Assembly (NCBI GenBank): GCA_964505155.1
Contig: CAZDGL010000001.1
Coordinates: 71,058-135,057 of the forward strand
Direction: 5' to 3'
Length of the DNA: 64,000 bases
Source of the DNA: an uncultured Candidatus Saccharibacteria bacterium
Lineage (GTDB): Bacteria; Patescibacteriota; Minisyncoccia; Phycocordibacterales; UBA9973
Of the stretch, positions 1-11,294 are shown one piece after another. The stretch's first letter is position 1; each line of letters starts with the position of its first letter. A program made the translations under genes and the position numbers. The notes below the pieces were generated by a model. The model saw nothing but the letters and a program-made list of their open reading frames with translations, searched no databases and was not told where the DNA came from.

Positions 1-616
1 ATCCAGTTTTTTTACCTATTTTTTTGAGTCTACCCTTTTCAACAGATTCTTTAGATTTAGGGATACCTTTAAAACGTTTAGAAACTTGTTCTCCGAATCC
101 AATAGGTTTGTTTATACCTTTACCTTTACCGGGAAATTTCTTTCCACGACTAGAAGATCCACTTTTATATTTAAACTCTTCTAATTCTTCTGGAGTAAGT
201 GAATCCATCCATTTTTTCATACCTATCTTAGTTTTTTCAGAAGTAAGTTTCCTGTTTTTATGATCTGAATAATATTCCTTTAACGAAGTAGATGCTTTAA
301 TTCTACTATCATTAGAAACTGATCTACCATAAGACCCTTCACCACCTAAAGTCTGGTTATACCCATTATTAAAAGTATCTAATAGATTAATCCAATACTG
401 TTCTTTAAGAAGTAACTCTTCATATGAAGAAGCTTCATCTATTTCTTTAATAGAAAAATTCTCTATTCCATATTTTCGCATAGCTTTATGAAGATGGAGA
501 TTTGAATTACTATTTGTACTTAATACATGACCTCTAAATCGTTCTTCAATAGACTTAACTGTTTGACCTACATATTTCTTATTACTGATACGATTTTCAA
601 TAATATAAATTTTCAT
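1..616 (-). CDS. GIY-YIG homing endonuclease (3' end runs off the window)
   Basis: Absent from the ORF track; manual translation MKIYIIENRISNKKYVGQTVKSIEERFRGH gives a GIY-YIG motif; AT-rich. Confidence 0.85.
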   Translation of the reverse strand, partial: MKIYIIENRISNKKYVGQTVKSIEERFRGHVLSTNSNSNLHLHKAMRKYGIENFSIKEIDEASSYEELLLKEQYWINLLDTFNNGYNQTLGGEGSYGRSVSNDSRIKASTSLKEYYSDHKNRKLTSEKTKIGMKKWMDSLTPEELEEFKYKSGSSSRGKKFPGKGKGINKPIGFGEQVSKRFKGIPKSKESVEKGRLKKIGKKTG

Positions 617-662
617 TTTGGAGGCTCCTAAGTACACTACCTCCTATTTATATTATCGGGTA

Positions 663-1403
663 TCAGCCACATATGAATGATGGTGGAGTCTCGAATGTTT
701 GTCGGATCTCCGTCTCCAGAGCTAGACGTTCTTCCTTGGCTTCATTATACAATTCTTGACCAGACATGACAACACCACCTAGAAGCTGGACGTTGGAGTG
801 CTTCTTCATGACACTTCCCCATTGCTCTTTAAGCAATACTGTGGCATACTTCTGAAGCATACGTTCGTTCCAAACGGCAGATTGCTCTTCGGGATCGACG
901 TCCATCGCTACCTCGAAGACAAACCAATCACCTGCACGAACCTGCGTCCAGTCGATATAGATATAAATTTTCTGATTGGATCGATTGAAGTCTATAGGTG
1001 TTTCACCAGTGAAAAAGATTTCCATTTCACGTAGTTTACGATTGACCAGATACCAATAAGTGAAAGTAGTATCCGTCATATCCCAAATATCGGATAGACG
1101 CATTTGGTATTGAATGTCCCACATCGTGGATCTAGTTCCAGTTCCAGAGCTACGAATAGCTTTATAGACTGTTCGAACCGGATCTGGTAGGACGATATAC
1201 TTGTTCGTTATATCCAATGCCTGAATTTGATAGGAGATATACTTGTGTTCTGAACCTTCATCATGAAAGGTGTGCCAGAATTCCAGAGCTTCATCTACAC
1301 GATCATCGACTTGGTCGTCATCAACATTGACTTTGATAACTGGCCAACCGAGACGTCTCATGCAGTGATCTTTGAAACCTTCTCTGGTAGTAATTGTAGG
1401 CAT
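663..1403 (-). CDS. gp13: T4-like neck protein gp13
   Basis: RLGWPVIKVNVDDDQVDDRVDEAL and QWG...GGVVMSGQELY motifs typical of gp13. Confidence 0.9.
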   Translation of the reverse strand: MPTITTREGFKDHCMRRLGWPVIKVNVDDDQVDDRVDEALEFWHTFHDEGSEHKYISYQIQALDITNKYIVLPDPVRTVYKAIRSSGTGTRSTMWDIQYQMRLSDIWDMTDTTFTYWYLVNRKLREMEIFFTGETPIDFNRSNQKIYIYIDWTQVRAGDWFVFEVAMDVDPEEQSAVWNERMLQKYATVLLKEQWGSVMKKHSNVQLLGGVVMSGQELYNEAKEERLALETEIRQTFETPPSFICG

Positions 1404-2129
1404 TTACTTCTTTGCAAATAGCATTGCTTCTGTCTTTGGTCCTAGAACACCATCTGGAACCAAACCATTTTCACCTTGAAAATCCTTCAGAGCATTGATT
1501 GTGGCACGACCGATGACTCCGTCCTCTTCCAATCCATACCCGAAATCATTAAGCGCACGCTGGACATCGAGTACCGAATATTCGGTAAGATTGGATCCGG
1601 GCTTAGAGTCAACTGGTTTGTTAGCAAGATTGAAAATCTTCTTAGCGAGTGCTAGATACTTGATTCTATCTTCCAGACCATTGTAGCCACCATTGATTTT
1701 CTTTGTGATGGCACGGACATCGTCCTGATCTGCAAGCTTATTCAGTTTTCTGGAATTCCAGTACCAGATAGCTCCGAGGAAAGCCCACGGAAAATTAGCT
1801 ACCTCTTCGCGACCTTTGACCGATAGAAAATTAGGAGGATTTAGACCCTCGTCCTTGCACCATTGGTAAAATTCTTTGTAGTTATCTTCCCAAGTGACTT
1901 GAACCAATCCGCGACCATACCATGGAGCGTATCGCTGCTTGGATCCACCGTATTCCTTGGTGGTCTTGAAGCCATCGGACTCATGACAAAGCTGCGCAAG
2001 GAAGTGAGCCTTGCGCAGATCTGTGTTGATGTCAAATTTGTCCATGTAATCGACAGAGTCTAGAATACCGTCGATAATCCAGTCTTGCTCTCGATTAGAT
2101 AGACTTTTGAGTTGAGTTTTGGTTACCAT
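1404..2129 (-). CDS. Endolysin: GH19 chitinase-like domain plus C-terminal peptidoglycan-binding domain
   Basis: AHFLAQLCHES, YGRGLVQVTW, ITKKINGGYNGLEDR; DGVIGRAT and FQ...GL.PDGVLGPKT (PG_binding_1). Confidence 0.9.
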   Translation of the reverse strand: MVTKTQLKSLSNREQDWIIDGILDSVDYMDKFDINTDLRKAHFLAQLCHESDGFKTTKEYGGSKQRYAPWYGRGLVQVTWEDNYKEFYQWCKDEGLNPPNFLSVKGREEVANFPWAFLGAIWYWNSRKLNKLADQDDVRAITKKINGGYNGLEDRIKYLALAKKIFNLANKPVDSKPGSNLTEYSVLDVQRALNDFGYGLEEDGVIGRATINALKDFQGENGLVPDGVLGPKTEAMLFAKK

Positions 2130-2491
2130 TAACCCTGTGAAGGACCGACAGAACCATACTTCTTGATATCAATTCCTGCTGCCGCAATGTGCTTGTAAGC
2201 CCACTCGATTGCCTGATTTGCCTGAGCAATTCGACCAGCATCGTCTGTTCCCTTAGGAATAGCTCCTGATGCAAGTGCATTTACCAGATACTGATAGTTC
2301 TGTTCATACCAGTCCAAATCCTTTGCTGCGGTATAAGCCGTAGAAACGTTTGGAGTCTTGGCAAGAATAGTCTTTAGCTTGGAAATATAGCTGGACTTGA
2401 TCTTGTTATTTGCGATAACATTATCGATCAAATCGTCGGATGCTTCTACTGCCTTCTGTACTTCTGCCTTAATAGTGGAATCTGCTGACAT
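2129..2491 (-). CDS. hypothetical protein
   Basis: ORF coupled to neighbours in the late operon. Confidence 0.7.
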   Translation of the reverse strand: MSADSTIKAEVQKAVEASDDLIDNVIANNKIKSSYISKLKTILAKTPNVSTAYTAAKDLDWYEQNYQYLVNALASGAIPKGTDDAGRIAQANQAIEWAYKHIAAAGIDIKKYGSVGPSQG

Positions 2492-2492
2492 T

Positions 2493-2717
2493 TTATTTTT
2501 CCTTTGTTAGTGGGATATACTCTTCATCGTTGAATGTACCTGAAGATATTTGATAGTACTCTGCGTATGTTCCGTCAAATAGCTCATTTGATTCTTCGGC
2601 AATCCATGACTTGTCTAGTAACTCTTGGATCTGATGTGTGGTTGCAATTTGAATAGAAGATTCACCACCAAACAATCGTTTGAAGAAATTAATAATGGAC
2701 GTGAACATAATTTTCAT
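2493..2717 (-). CDS. hypothetical protein
   Basis: ORF tightly packed in the operon. Confidence 0.6.
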   Translation of the reverse strand: MKIMFTSIINFFKRLFGGESSIQIATTHQIQELLDKSWIAEESNELFDGTYAEYYQISSGTFNDEEYIPLTKEK

Positions 2718-3058
2718 TACCTTGTGACTTGTGGAGTTACGATAATAATACCTTCCTGTACTCTCATAGTTAGGTTACCCGGAAAGCTGATCGCTTCAAC
2801 ATCATAAACATATTTTCCTTCTTTCAGATTAGAGGAAATATTTGATGAGAGTGAAATCTGGATTCGTCCATTGGATCCGTCTGCCACGGTACATACTAGG
2901 TTTGCAGAGGCATTCTCAGAATAATAGGATCGACGCAGTTGTCCAGAAACTGAATATCCAGCTACGTTGACGTTTTGGTTAGTCAACGAATCTTTGATGG
3001 TGATATTACTAGTGTAGTATGCACCCTGTTTGATATAAAGCTCTTTGTACAGGCACAT
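2717..3058 (-). CDS. putative virion structural protein (BppU-like Ig fold)
   Basis: LYIKQGA...GKYVYDVE...RVQEGIIIVTPQVTR pattern, common in T4-like tail regions. Confidence 0.7.
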   Translation of the reverse strand: MCLYKELYIKQGAYYTSNITIKDSLTNQNVNVAGYSVSGQLRRSYYSENASANLVCTVADGSNGRIQISLSSNISSNLKEGKYVYDVEAISFPGNLTMRVQEGIIIVTPQVTR

Positions 3059-3591
3059 TAAGTCCCTCTGACTGGCCAGTAGCTATTATCTGAATAATTA
3101 GCAGGAATTGGATCGAGATCTTTCAATACTCTAGCTGCAAATACGTGTCTGGATTCCCATTGGGCCGCATACTGAGCAAGTGCAAACATTTGATGAGCAT
3201 CTAGCTGTGCTGTTTCATTGTTCTGCAAAATCCACGAGAATGCATCGACTCCACCGTGCCAATATAAGTACCCTTCTGGAGCACCTGCAGCTACGGCAAA
3301 TCCTGCTAGAGTCCCTGCACCTGAAATTCTTATTTTAGATGTGGGATCAAAATCATACGGGTTCCCACCGTACGTAAATCCCAATAGAAGCCGTCTGTCG
3401 CGTTCTGTGTTGATTTGTGCGATAGTTCCTGCGGGATCTGCCGGATCGGTATAAACCCCGTTATCATAGGCTCCACCGATTTTCCAGTGAGGCTCAGCCG
3501 CAATGACGGACGAACCGGGTACGACCCATCCGTCTTCAGCAGAAATGATATTCGTGATAATGTTGTTTGTTATGACAGCTTGTCGCTTCAT
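3058..3591 (-). CDS. tail fibre assembly-like protein (DUF4376-like)
   Basis: INTERDRRL...GFTYGG..YD pattern; follows the tail fibre gene. Confidence 0.65.
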   Translation of the reverse strand: MKRQAVITNNIITNIISAEDGWVVPGSSVIAAEPHWKIGGAYDNGVYTDPADPAGTIAQINTERDRRLLLGFTYGGNPYDFDPTSKIRISGAGTLAGFAVAAGAPEGYLYWHGGVDAFSWILQNNETAQLDAHQMFALAQYAAQWESRHVFAARVLKDLDPIPANYSDNSYWPVRGT

Positions 3592-5241
3592 TTATGATCT
3601 TCCGATTGTAGAAATTACCACGACGTATCCATTGCCACCTAGACCACCATATCCTGTGTGAATTGAGCCTGCAGTGTTGAGAACCGCGTTGGAGAACCAT
3701 CCGGTAGGTGAAGCACCTGCGGCACCACCAGAACCTAGAATACCGTTTCCACCGTTGGCTCCAACGGATCGATACTGAGGATATCCAGACTGGCCACCAA
3801 ATGAAATGAAGATATTGTGGAAGCCATATGCTGTTCCGTCTACACCATTGACTAGATTACCACCATTTTTGGTAGTTTCTGGTGCCGTTATAGAATCCCC
3901 TGATTCCACTGCTCCATAATAAAGAGTCTGATGGCTACCGTCATAGGAGTTATTACCTGCAGTGAAGTCATCACAATAGGATGCACCTCCACCGAATACG
4001 ATAACTGCAGCATCGACGTTTGAAAGTGTAGAAGTCAACGTTGTAACACCAGAAGTAGTCGCTCCACCAGAACCACCAAAGAATGTTCTTTCGGTTCTGG
4101 TTCGATTGATACCAGAACGAGGAATTGTTCCACCACCCGGAGGACCAGAAACTGTTCCACCACCAGAACCACCTAGAGCAGTCAAATAGGCTCCAAATGT
4201 AGTAGAACCACCAGCACTACCTGTTCCACCGGAATATGATGGAGTAGAGTTGATATATCCTACACCACCTTGTGCTTGAGAAACGATGACATATCCATTT
4301 CCACCAGCACCACCTGTACCGATAGTTACTGTGACGTTTGATGCCAATTCTGAGTTGTTAGCATAAAGAATTGCAACTTGGCCACCTCCACCACCAACAC
4401 CAGAAATCGTTTCGGCAGTCGGGGACATTCGACCTCCACCTCCACCTCCACCAGCACCAACAGCATAGATAATAGCTTCTTTGAAGTTAGCAGGCTTATT
4501 CCAAAATCCTGAGGAAAAGAAATATTCTACGACAGTAGTCGTTAGTGCATTTGAAAATTCGAGACGGTTGTTTTGAACAATGAGAGTCTGATTAGCTACT
4601 CCAAGAGGAAGTCTTTCCAGACGATTATTTGCAAATACCAGAATGTCTCCATTAGACATAGGTCCGACATTTGCTAGCTGATGAAGATTGGTATTGACAG
4701 TCTGCTTACCCGGTAGATCCGTGCTGACAATAGTGTTCTGAATAGCATGGACGGTCTTGATATGTAGATCCAGAACGTTTGCTAGTTGTGTAGATGCCAC
4801 GTTTCCTGAAGCATTATCTGCTAGATCGGTAACGGTTCTAACGGAAAGGAATAGAGTCTTGCCTAGTTCGGCAGAACCACCGATTGTGACGGTGCTATTA
4901 TTTGATTGAACTAGGAAATTGTTGGTGGTAAGGTTTGCAGATCTGATGTTGGATAGAAGTCCACCGTCACCTTTAACCAATCCTGATGCCACATTGAGTG
5001 CGACAACCTGACCATCGGATGCCCGAATGGTTGCGGACTTGTAGACTACAAGGTTGGACGTGACGTTGGCTTCAGCAACTCGTAGATTTCCGTTAGCGGT
5101 AACCGATCCATGCACCGCAACATTGCCGTTTGAGGAGAAACCCTTGGTCTGTTCTTCGTTTGTGACTTGAACAAGCTGGTTCACTCTCTGGACGAGAGTG
5201 AAATAGGTATCTAGACCCATATCCAGATTAGCGAGAGGCAT
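3592..5241 (-). CDS. tail fibre / glycine-rich receptor-binding protein
   Basis: GAGGGGGGG glycine-rich C-terminal domain, GGNGYVVV ending. Confidence 0.75.
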   Translation of the reverse strand: MPLANLDMGLDTYFTLVQRVNQLVQVTNEEQTKGFSSNGNVAVHGSVTANGNLRVAEANVTSNLVVYKSATIRASDGQVVALNVASGLVKGDGGLLSNIRSANLTTNNFLVQSNNSTVTIGGSAELGKTLFLSVRTVTDLADNASGNVASTQLANVLDLHIKTVHAIQNTIVSTDLPGKQTVNTNLHQLANVGPMSNGDILVFANNRLERLPLGVANQTLIVQNNRLEFSNALTTTVVEYFFSSGFWNKPANFKEAIIYAVGAGGGGGGGRMSPTAETISGVGGGGGQVAILYANNSELASNVTVTIGTGGAGGNGYVIVSQAQGGVGYINSTPSYSGGTGSAGGSTTFGAYLTALGGSGGGTVSGPPGGGTIPRSGINRTRTERTFFGGSGGATTSGVTTLTSTLSNVDAAVIVFGGGASYCDDFTAGNNSYDGSHQTLYYGAVESGDSITAPETTKNGGNLVNGVDGTAYGFHNIFISFGGQSGYPQYRSVGANGGNGILGSGGAAGASPTGWFSNAVLNTAGSIHTGYGGLGGNGYVVVISTIGRS

Positions 5242-5437
5242 TTACAAGGGTTCCTACAATATTGCGTAATTCTTGAAGTTCTGACTTTAGATTATTTATC
5301 TCTTCTTCTTGCGTCCGATTTTTATCAAGCATCCGCTTTTTTACCATATACTCTTCTGCCTTACCCTTGTCTTTAAGGATAAGTGCTCTAGAATGAGTAT
5401 CTCTTTCATATGAAATGTTTTCAGTCTGGACTTTCAT
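5228..5437 (-). CDS. small coiled-coil protein downstream of VrlC
   Basis: ERDTHSRALI...EINNLKSELQEL. Confidence 0.65.
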   Translation of the reverse strand: MKVQTENISYERDTHSRALILKDKGKAEEYMVKKRMLDKNRTQEEEINNLKSELQELRNIVGTLVNASR

Positions 5438-8400
5438 TAGTCTCCACCGGGTAGTGCAATAGCTCTGAAGTCACGTGCCTTCGGTAGAATTAGCGTGGAT
5501 TCGGAATAGAACACGACCTTGATTGCATATTCACGGAATGAATTGTAAGTAGTTCCACCAGCGGTATAGGATACCGAGTTGGAAGATAGAGAAGGACGAT
5601 ATTCGTATTCGATATAATCGATATCGGATGATGAATATCTATTTGATGGTGTTGCCTGCTCCATTGGGAACCATTCGCGGCTTTCGAATGTAGCAGGATC
5701 GTCTTCGTTCTTTACCTTGTAGTATACAAAGAAGTTGGTGCCTACTGGTTTGTTACCAGTAATATAGACTCGTAGGTCTCCACCATTGAATCCTTCGTTC
5801 AGGATTGCACGTTTGGTGATATATCTGGATCTAGCTGGACCACCTGAAGGATCGGTTTCAGACGCCACAATCAGATTTGCGGATGAGCCTCCACCACCAC
5901 TAAGCGTGACGTTTGCTCGCGTTGAATATCCTGAGCCACCAGTATTGACGACAATGGACGTTAGGTTAGATCCATCGGTTGCTCCGATATAGGCATTAGC
6001 GGATGAGCCTCCACCACCAGAAATAGTCACGGCAATGTTGTTTGCGTTTGAATATCCGGTTCCGTCGTCCACAAAGGTAATCAGCGTATTGGATAGCGGC
6101 AGATTATTGATTTCATTTGCCACGGTAATCAGATTGACTGACTTCGCGATAACCATAGGTGAAATATCAGGGTTCGGAGTAGATAGTGAAACCCGAACAT
6201 TAGCTGCAGCAATAACCTTTCGTTCTGACAATTCGTAGTCCTTATCAGCAACAATGGTTTCAAAGGATCCTAGAGCACCAGTAAGATTGGACGTGCTCTT
6301 CAAAGCGTAATTGATTCTGGTATTACCGATCAGCAAGTCCTGCTTCTGCAGATAGATCATATCAAAGTAGGTATTGGATACCTGTGGTGAGTTTTCAAAG
6401 TATGCTAGACCTTCGTTGGTAGTAAACTGGCAACGATTAAGGACGAACATCAAATCTTCGAACTGGAATGGTGTCCAGACGGAAGCATTCTGGGACTTGA
6501 ATAGTGAACCAGAATATGGTTGCTCGGAAATGATTCTATCAGTACCGATCTGCTTCTTGCTCATTTCACCAATATAGACTTCGTATTCTGGAGCATCGGA
6601 TAGCACAGTCAGAGCATATTCCTTTCCAGCTTCCAGATAAACTGGTGCTTGGAATGGGAAGTTGGTCTTGGTTGCCGTATTACCTGCAGAAGGATTGTCA
6701 GACAGATTGATCTGGTCTGGGAACTTCTTACTGATAGAATATGGAAGGATTTCGGATGAAGATGGGAATCCGTTCACAGTCGTTCTAATTTCTACCCAAA
6801 CAGGAAGGTTATCATCCTTTCTCTTGAAGAATAGGTCGACGGATGATAGGAAGATACCACTTGGGAATACGCTTGCATCCACATAGAATGTCTGGGATAG
6901 TGGATCGAGTCCAGCAAACCGAACCTGTTCTCTAATCGTACGAGTTTGAACTACAGGCTTCTGTACCGCAAGAACGGACTCACGAACGTCCTGCTGAATT
7001 GCCAAAGCATTGTAGGTAGTAACCGCTTTGGTAGTAAAGCTATCGGCATCACTAGAAACGTCATCGATAATGGTGAATTCACGTTCACCTGTTCTAAACA
7101 TATCGCTGCTGTTGGAAGGTAGATGGAAGATACCACCTAGAGATCCTGAGCGATTGATCTTGTTTGGACCAATAGAGTAAATGGTGTTTGCTTGTGGGAT
7201 AGTAGTCAGAAGAGGGAATACCTCTGCACGACGAGTTACTGCATTGAATGAAGTAATATTCGTGGTCTGACCAGCACCCGGACCAATTGGGAAACAGATT
7301 GTATTAGCAAGATAGTAGTTTGCCGTGTTGGCAGCACCAACCGCTAGCACAACGCTATTTGCCATAGCGCTGACTACATTACCTGAATAGTGTTCGTAGC
7401 TGATAATCTTACCAGTTACACCTGATACCTGACCAGTTAGAGTCGTACCCGGAGTAAAGTATCCCTTTGTATTTGCTACATAAACCAAGCAATTACCATC
7501 GGAGTCAAATCCAGATAGAACTACCTGACCAGTATTGGATCCGAATGAAACCTTTTCATTCACACCTACCTGATCATCAAACCGATATAGAGTCTGTTCT
7601 ACCTTGAGGACGTTCGGACGTTCGATATACTTGGTAACGTTTGAGCCATCAAAGAAGAATTCTACCTGACGATATGGACGCATGGAATAAGCATTGAAGA
7701 AAACATCACGCTGACGAATCCATGGAACAATCGAGACATTGACTACGGATGAACCCAGAGATTGAGTTTCGGTCTGTAGAACCGTTCTGGTCTGCGTCTG
7801 GACATCAAATGAGGTTGAAGTCAATCCGTCACGGTTTGTTCCACCGTTTCTAGTAACGCTAGTTTCACGTCGAGTAGAAGTGGTTCTCCAGTTACCGAAA
7901 TCGGATCCGAATGCCTGAGATGCGGAATTGGAAGTCCAACCATCTAGCGCACCATTTTCATTGATGACAAGATCTGGTACTTCATTTGTATTTACCCACT
8001 GGTCAGACATAGGTGAAATGTCCAGATTTCCATTGAAGGTAGCTACGAGGAAATAGTTGACGGATTCTGCTTTGGACGCGGTATTCTGGGTAATGAATGG
8101 AATTTCATTGAAGTCCAAAGTAATGACTTCACCAGACTTGTAGATATTGGAGTCTGATGCTGAATACTCCATAACAAATGAACCCTGAGTGAAGAATGGA
8201 CGCAGGATCTTTTCGGTGCTATCGATGGAGCAACGATAGTCTCCGTTTCCGACATCACCAATTGAGTGACCGTCGAAATTGTCAGCAATGATACCGTACT
8301 TGGTTCTTTCCAGACCATTGACGTCACGAATTGATAGGGATTCTGCTGCCTTTTCCAAAGCATTCAAGGTATTATAATATTCTAGATTCTGAATACGCTT

Positions 8401-11287
8401 TTCGAGTCCACCAATATCACGCATGGTGAATCGCTTATTGTCCACATATTTGACTTGAATATTGGTCTTAGGATCGATAACATATGGATCCAGATAGAAT
8501 CGGTATAGCGGCATACCATCATCTGGGACGTTTGGTAGAGAAGGCAATCCTGAAGCTACACCCTTAATGTATCTGAAGGTTCTATCCTTCGTAGCAATAA
8601 GCATGTCACGACGTGGCATGTAGTATTCAAAGTTGACTGTGAATTCTTCATTAGGAGTAGGAATACGTCCACCATTCAGCGTATATGCTGGTGAAGTATT
8701 GGAAGCATTCTGTCTGGAAGGACGGAAATCCACCACGTCAGCTAGACGGAAGGATTCACCTGTTGAATCGATATAGGTTGGAACGTCTCCGTATCCAGCA
8801 GTCGTATTGATGTCAGGATATGAATCGACAGAGAAGAATCCGTAACCATCGGATGAGCCTGCTCCATGTTCATAGTAATCAAAGCAGACGACCAGCGGAC
8901 CCTTAGGAGCCGTTACACCAGTTTTTAGAACAATTGCACCGTGATCATAGAAGGTGTCACGCTGTCCGGTATCCAGAAGATATCTGGAAGTAACATCGGT
9001 ATATCCAGAGAGTGCTGCACCACCAACGATTGCGGTACCGTTTAAATCATAGATTGCATTAATCTTCTTGACGTCTGCTACGAATAGTGAATCCTTACCG
9101 CTTGGAACTCGATTTGGATTGATAATTCTAACCTGACCATCCTTCAGATAGATTGCAGTATTGGTGGTTCCGGTTAGAATAGTAGCGTTTGCCGTTACCG
9201 TGACTGCATATGCAGTGTTCGGTACGATCTTGGTCTTGGACTTTGGATTGGTCTTGGAACCTGAATTGATTTCTACGGAAGCAATAACGTCTGCCACAAA
9301 GGTATTGGAGGTTCCGGCATCCAGAGTAGCGGTTGAACCTGCTACTGAGATAGAACGTCCGAGTGACGTTGCCATAGGTAGAATTGCACCGTTTTGCCAT
9401 GCAACGTTACCACCATTGTTGGTAATCATTACCATGTAGTTATCGACCTTGATTGAGTCGGATAGAGCACCAGTACCGATCAGCGCATCACCAGCATCCG
9501 CAGTGATAGACCCCACACCTGAAGTGAAGGTACGGTTAGTGAATACCTTTCGGTACTGGTAATTGTTGACACCAGTGTTCGCTTTTACATAATCCTGTGG
9601 GAACGGGAATATTAGTGAAGAATATGCGGCTTCGGCCATAACGGTATCACCATTTGGTGTACCATCGGACTTGGATTCATTGGCAATATTCAGGTTAGCG
9701 GTTGAGGCACCAAAGCCACCACGAACCATGGACTCCAGATCATTGATACCAAAATCAATGGAAATGACAGAAGTTGTATCTGGGATCGTATCCCAATCTG
9801 GTGCCACGGTTGCTACCTTGGTTGATCCGTTCCATGCTGTGAAATTTCGGATCTGTCCTGAACCTGTTCCGGTTACGACTCGACCAGTCGCATTCTGATA
9901 AGCATTTGAGTTAGCAGAGAAACGTGGATAGTTGAGCGTTTGCAGAGTTTGCATTCGCGGAAATTGAAACGAACTGAGTATCAGCAATGTAGACGCGAGC
10001 CAGATAGGACGCAGCATTGGTGATTGAACCATAGGAATCGTGCATGATTGAACGAAGTCTGGTGGTACCGATCTTCGTGGTATCGTATGCAGCTTGTGAA
10101 GCCTGTGAAACGAACTGATATGGAATGCAGTGTAGATCCATCAGCGGCACAGTTGAAAAATCAAATGAACCCTTCAGGTTTGATGAAAGCAGGTAGTTAC
10201 CGATTGCGGTTGAAATATCATAAAGAGTGATGTTAGCAGTTTCACGTGGCTTTTCTACCAGAAGTCTGGTAGCAACTACGGGTTCGTATTCATAACCGAA
10301 GACATATGCCTTACCTGAATCGACTGTGATTTGGAGATTAGCGGAATTGTCTGGATCGTCTTCAATATTAACCTTGAAAGGTCTGACGGTATAGTTACCG
10401 GATTCATCATAGGTACGACGTGCTAGAGTCTTTTCAAGTTCTGAATAATATGGAATGTTCAGAACCTTCTGCTGGACTCCACCTTCAATTCGAGTGATTT
10501 CCACAAAGGATTCGTCGTCCACGGAGTCATATGATCTCTTTGAGAATACGAGATCAATCTTGTATCGATCCGCACCCGGAGCCGTGAAATTTGAAGATCC
10601 CTGTGCTGGATCCAGAAGTGAGGTATCATCGGAAGCATCCACAATACTTTCATCAATATCAAAACCGATCTTGGCATTTGCCGTGGTCTTATACTTTTCA
10701 AGAATGATGGTCTGACGTGCGTTTCGTACAAAGAATCCCTTCACGAAATAGATACCATCGGTCACTTCAGCTAGGATACCGTTTGCGGAAATATTAGCTG
10801 AAGCCACATTAGCATAATAGGCTTCATTCTCGACTCGCAAGGAATCTGATGCCACGAATTCGTCTGAAGTAAGATACTTCAGCATCAGCGTAGGTGGTTC
10901 GGAATTTATGGAATTTTCACCAGATAGGACAATAGCCTTGACGTTTGTTAGGCCATCAGCACGGACGACACGCTTTCCTACAAAATTTGAAACGTCGATG
11001 TCGGTGCCGATATATTGAGAAGCTAGATTTAGAGCCTTGGAAGTCTGATAGGAAATGAATCCACCTTCAACCTGAGATCCATTCTTGAAAATATGACGAC
11101 CTAGACGTTCTGTCTGGATTTGTGCCGCTGACTGCATACCAACAAGTTCTCTTCCCTGAACCGGGAAAGATGGCTTGAACATGTAACGGTAGTATCCCTT
11201 GGATTCGTCTGTATCATCATAATATGGAGCGAACCGTGAGAAATCCGGTATCACGCTCGTATTAACAATATTGGAGGTATTTGCCAT
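5437..11287 (-). CDS. VrlC-like (DUF4815) virion structural protein, interrupted by a +1 frameshift near 9920 (ORFs 9911..11287 and 5437..10032)
   Basis: N-terminal PYYDD..F.P..PVQGREL, LARRTYDESG.Y; C-terminal RFTMRDIGGLEKRI.NLEYY and DPLSQTF; the two ORFs overlap by about 120 nt in different frames. Confidence 0.8.
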
Positions 11288-11294
11288 TTCTATC

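Noticed and set aside
9911-9945. Link between the 8-nt-loop tRNA (50072-50146) and the VrlC +1 frameshift
   Set aside because: The predicted quadruplet codon CACA is not present in frame at the shift site
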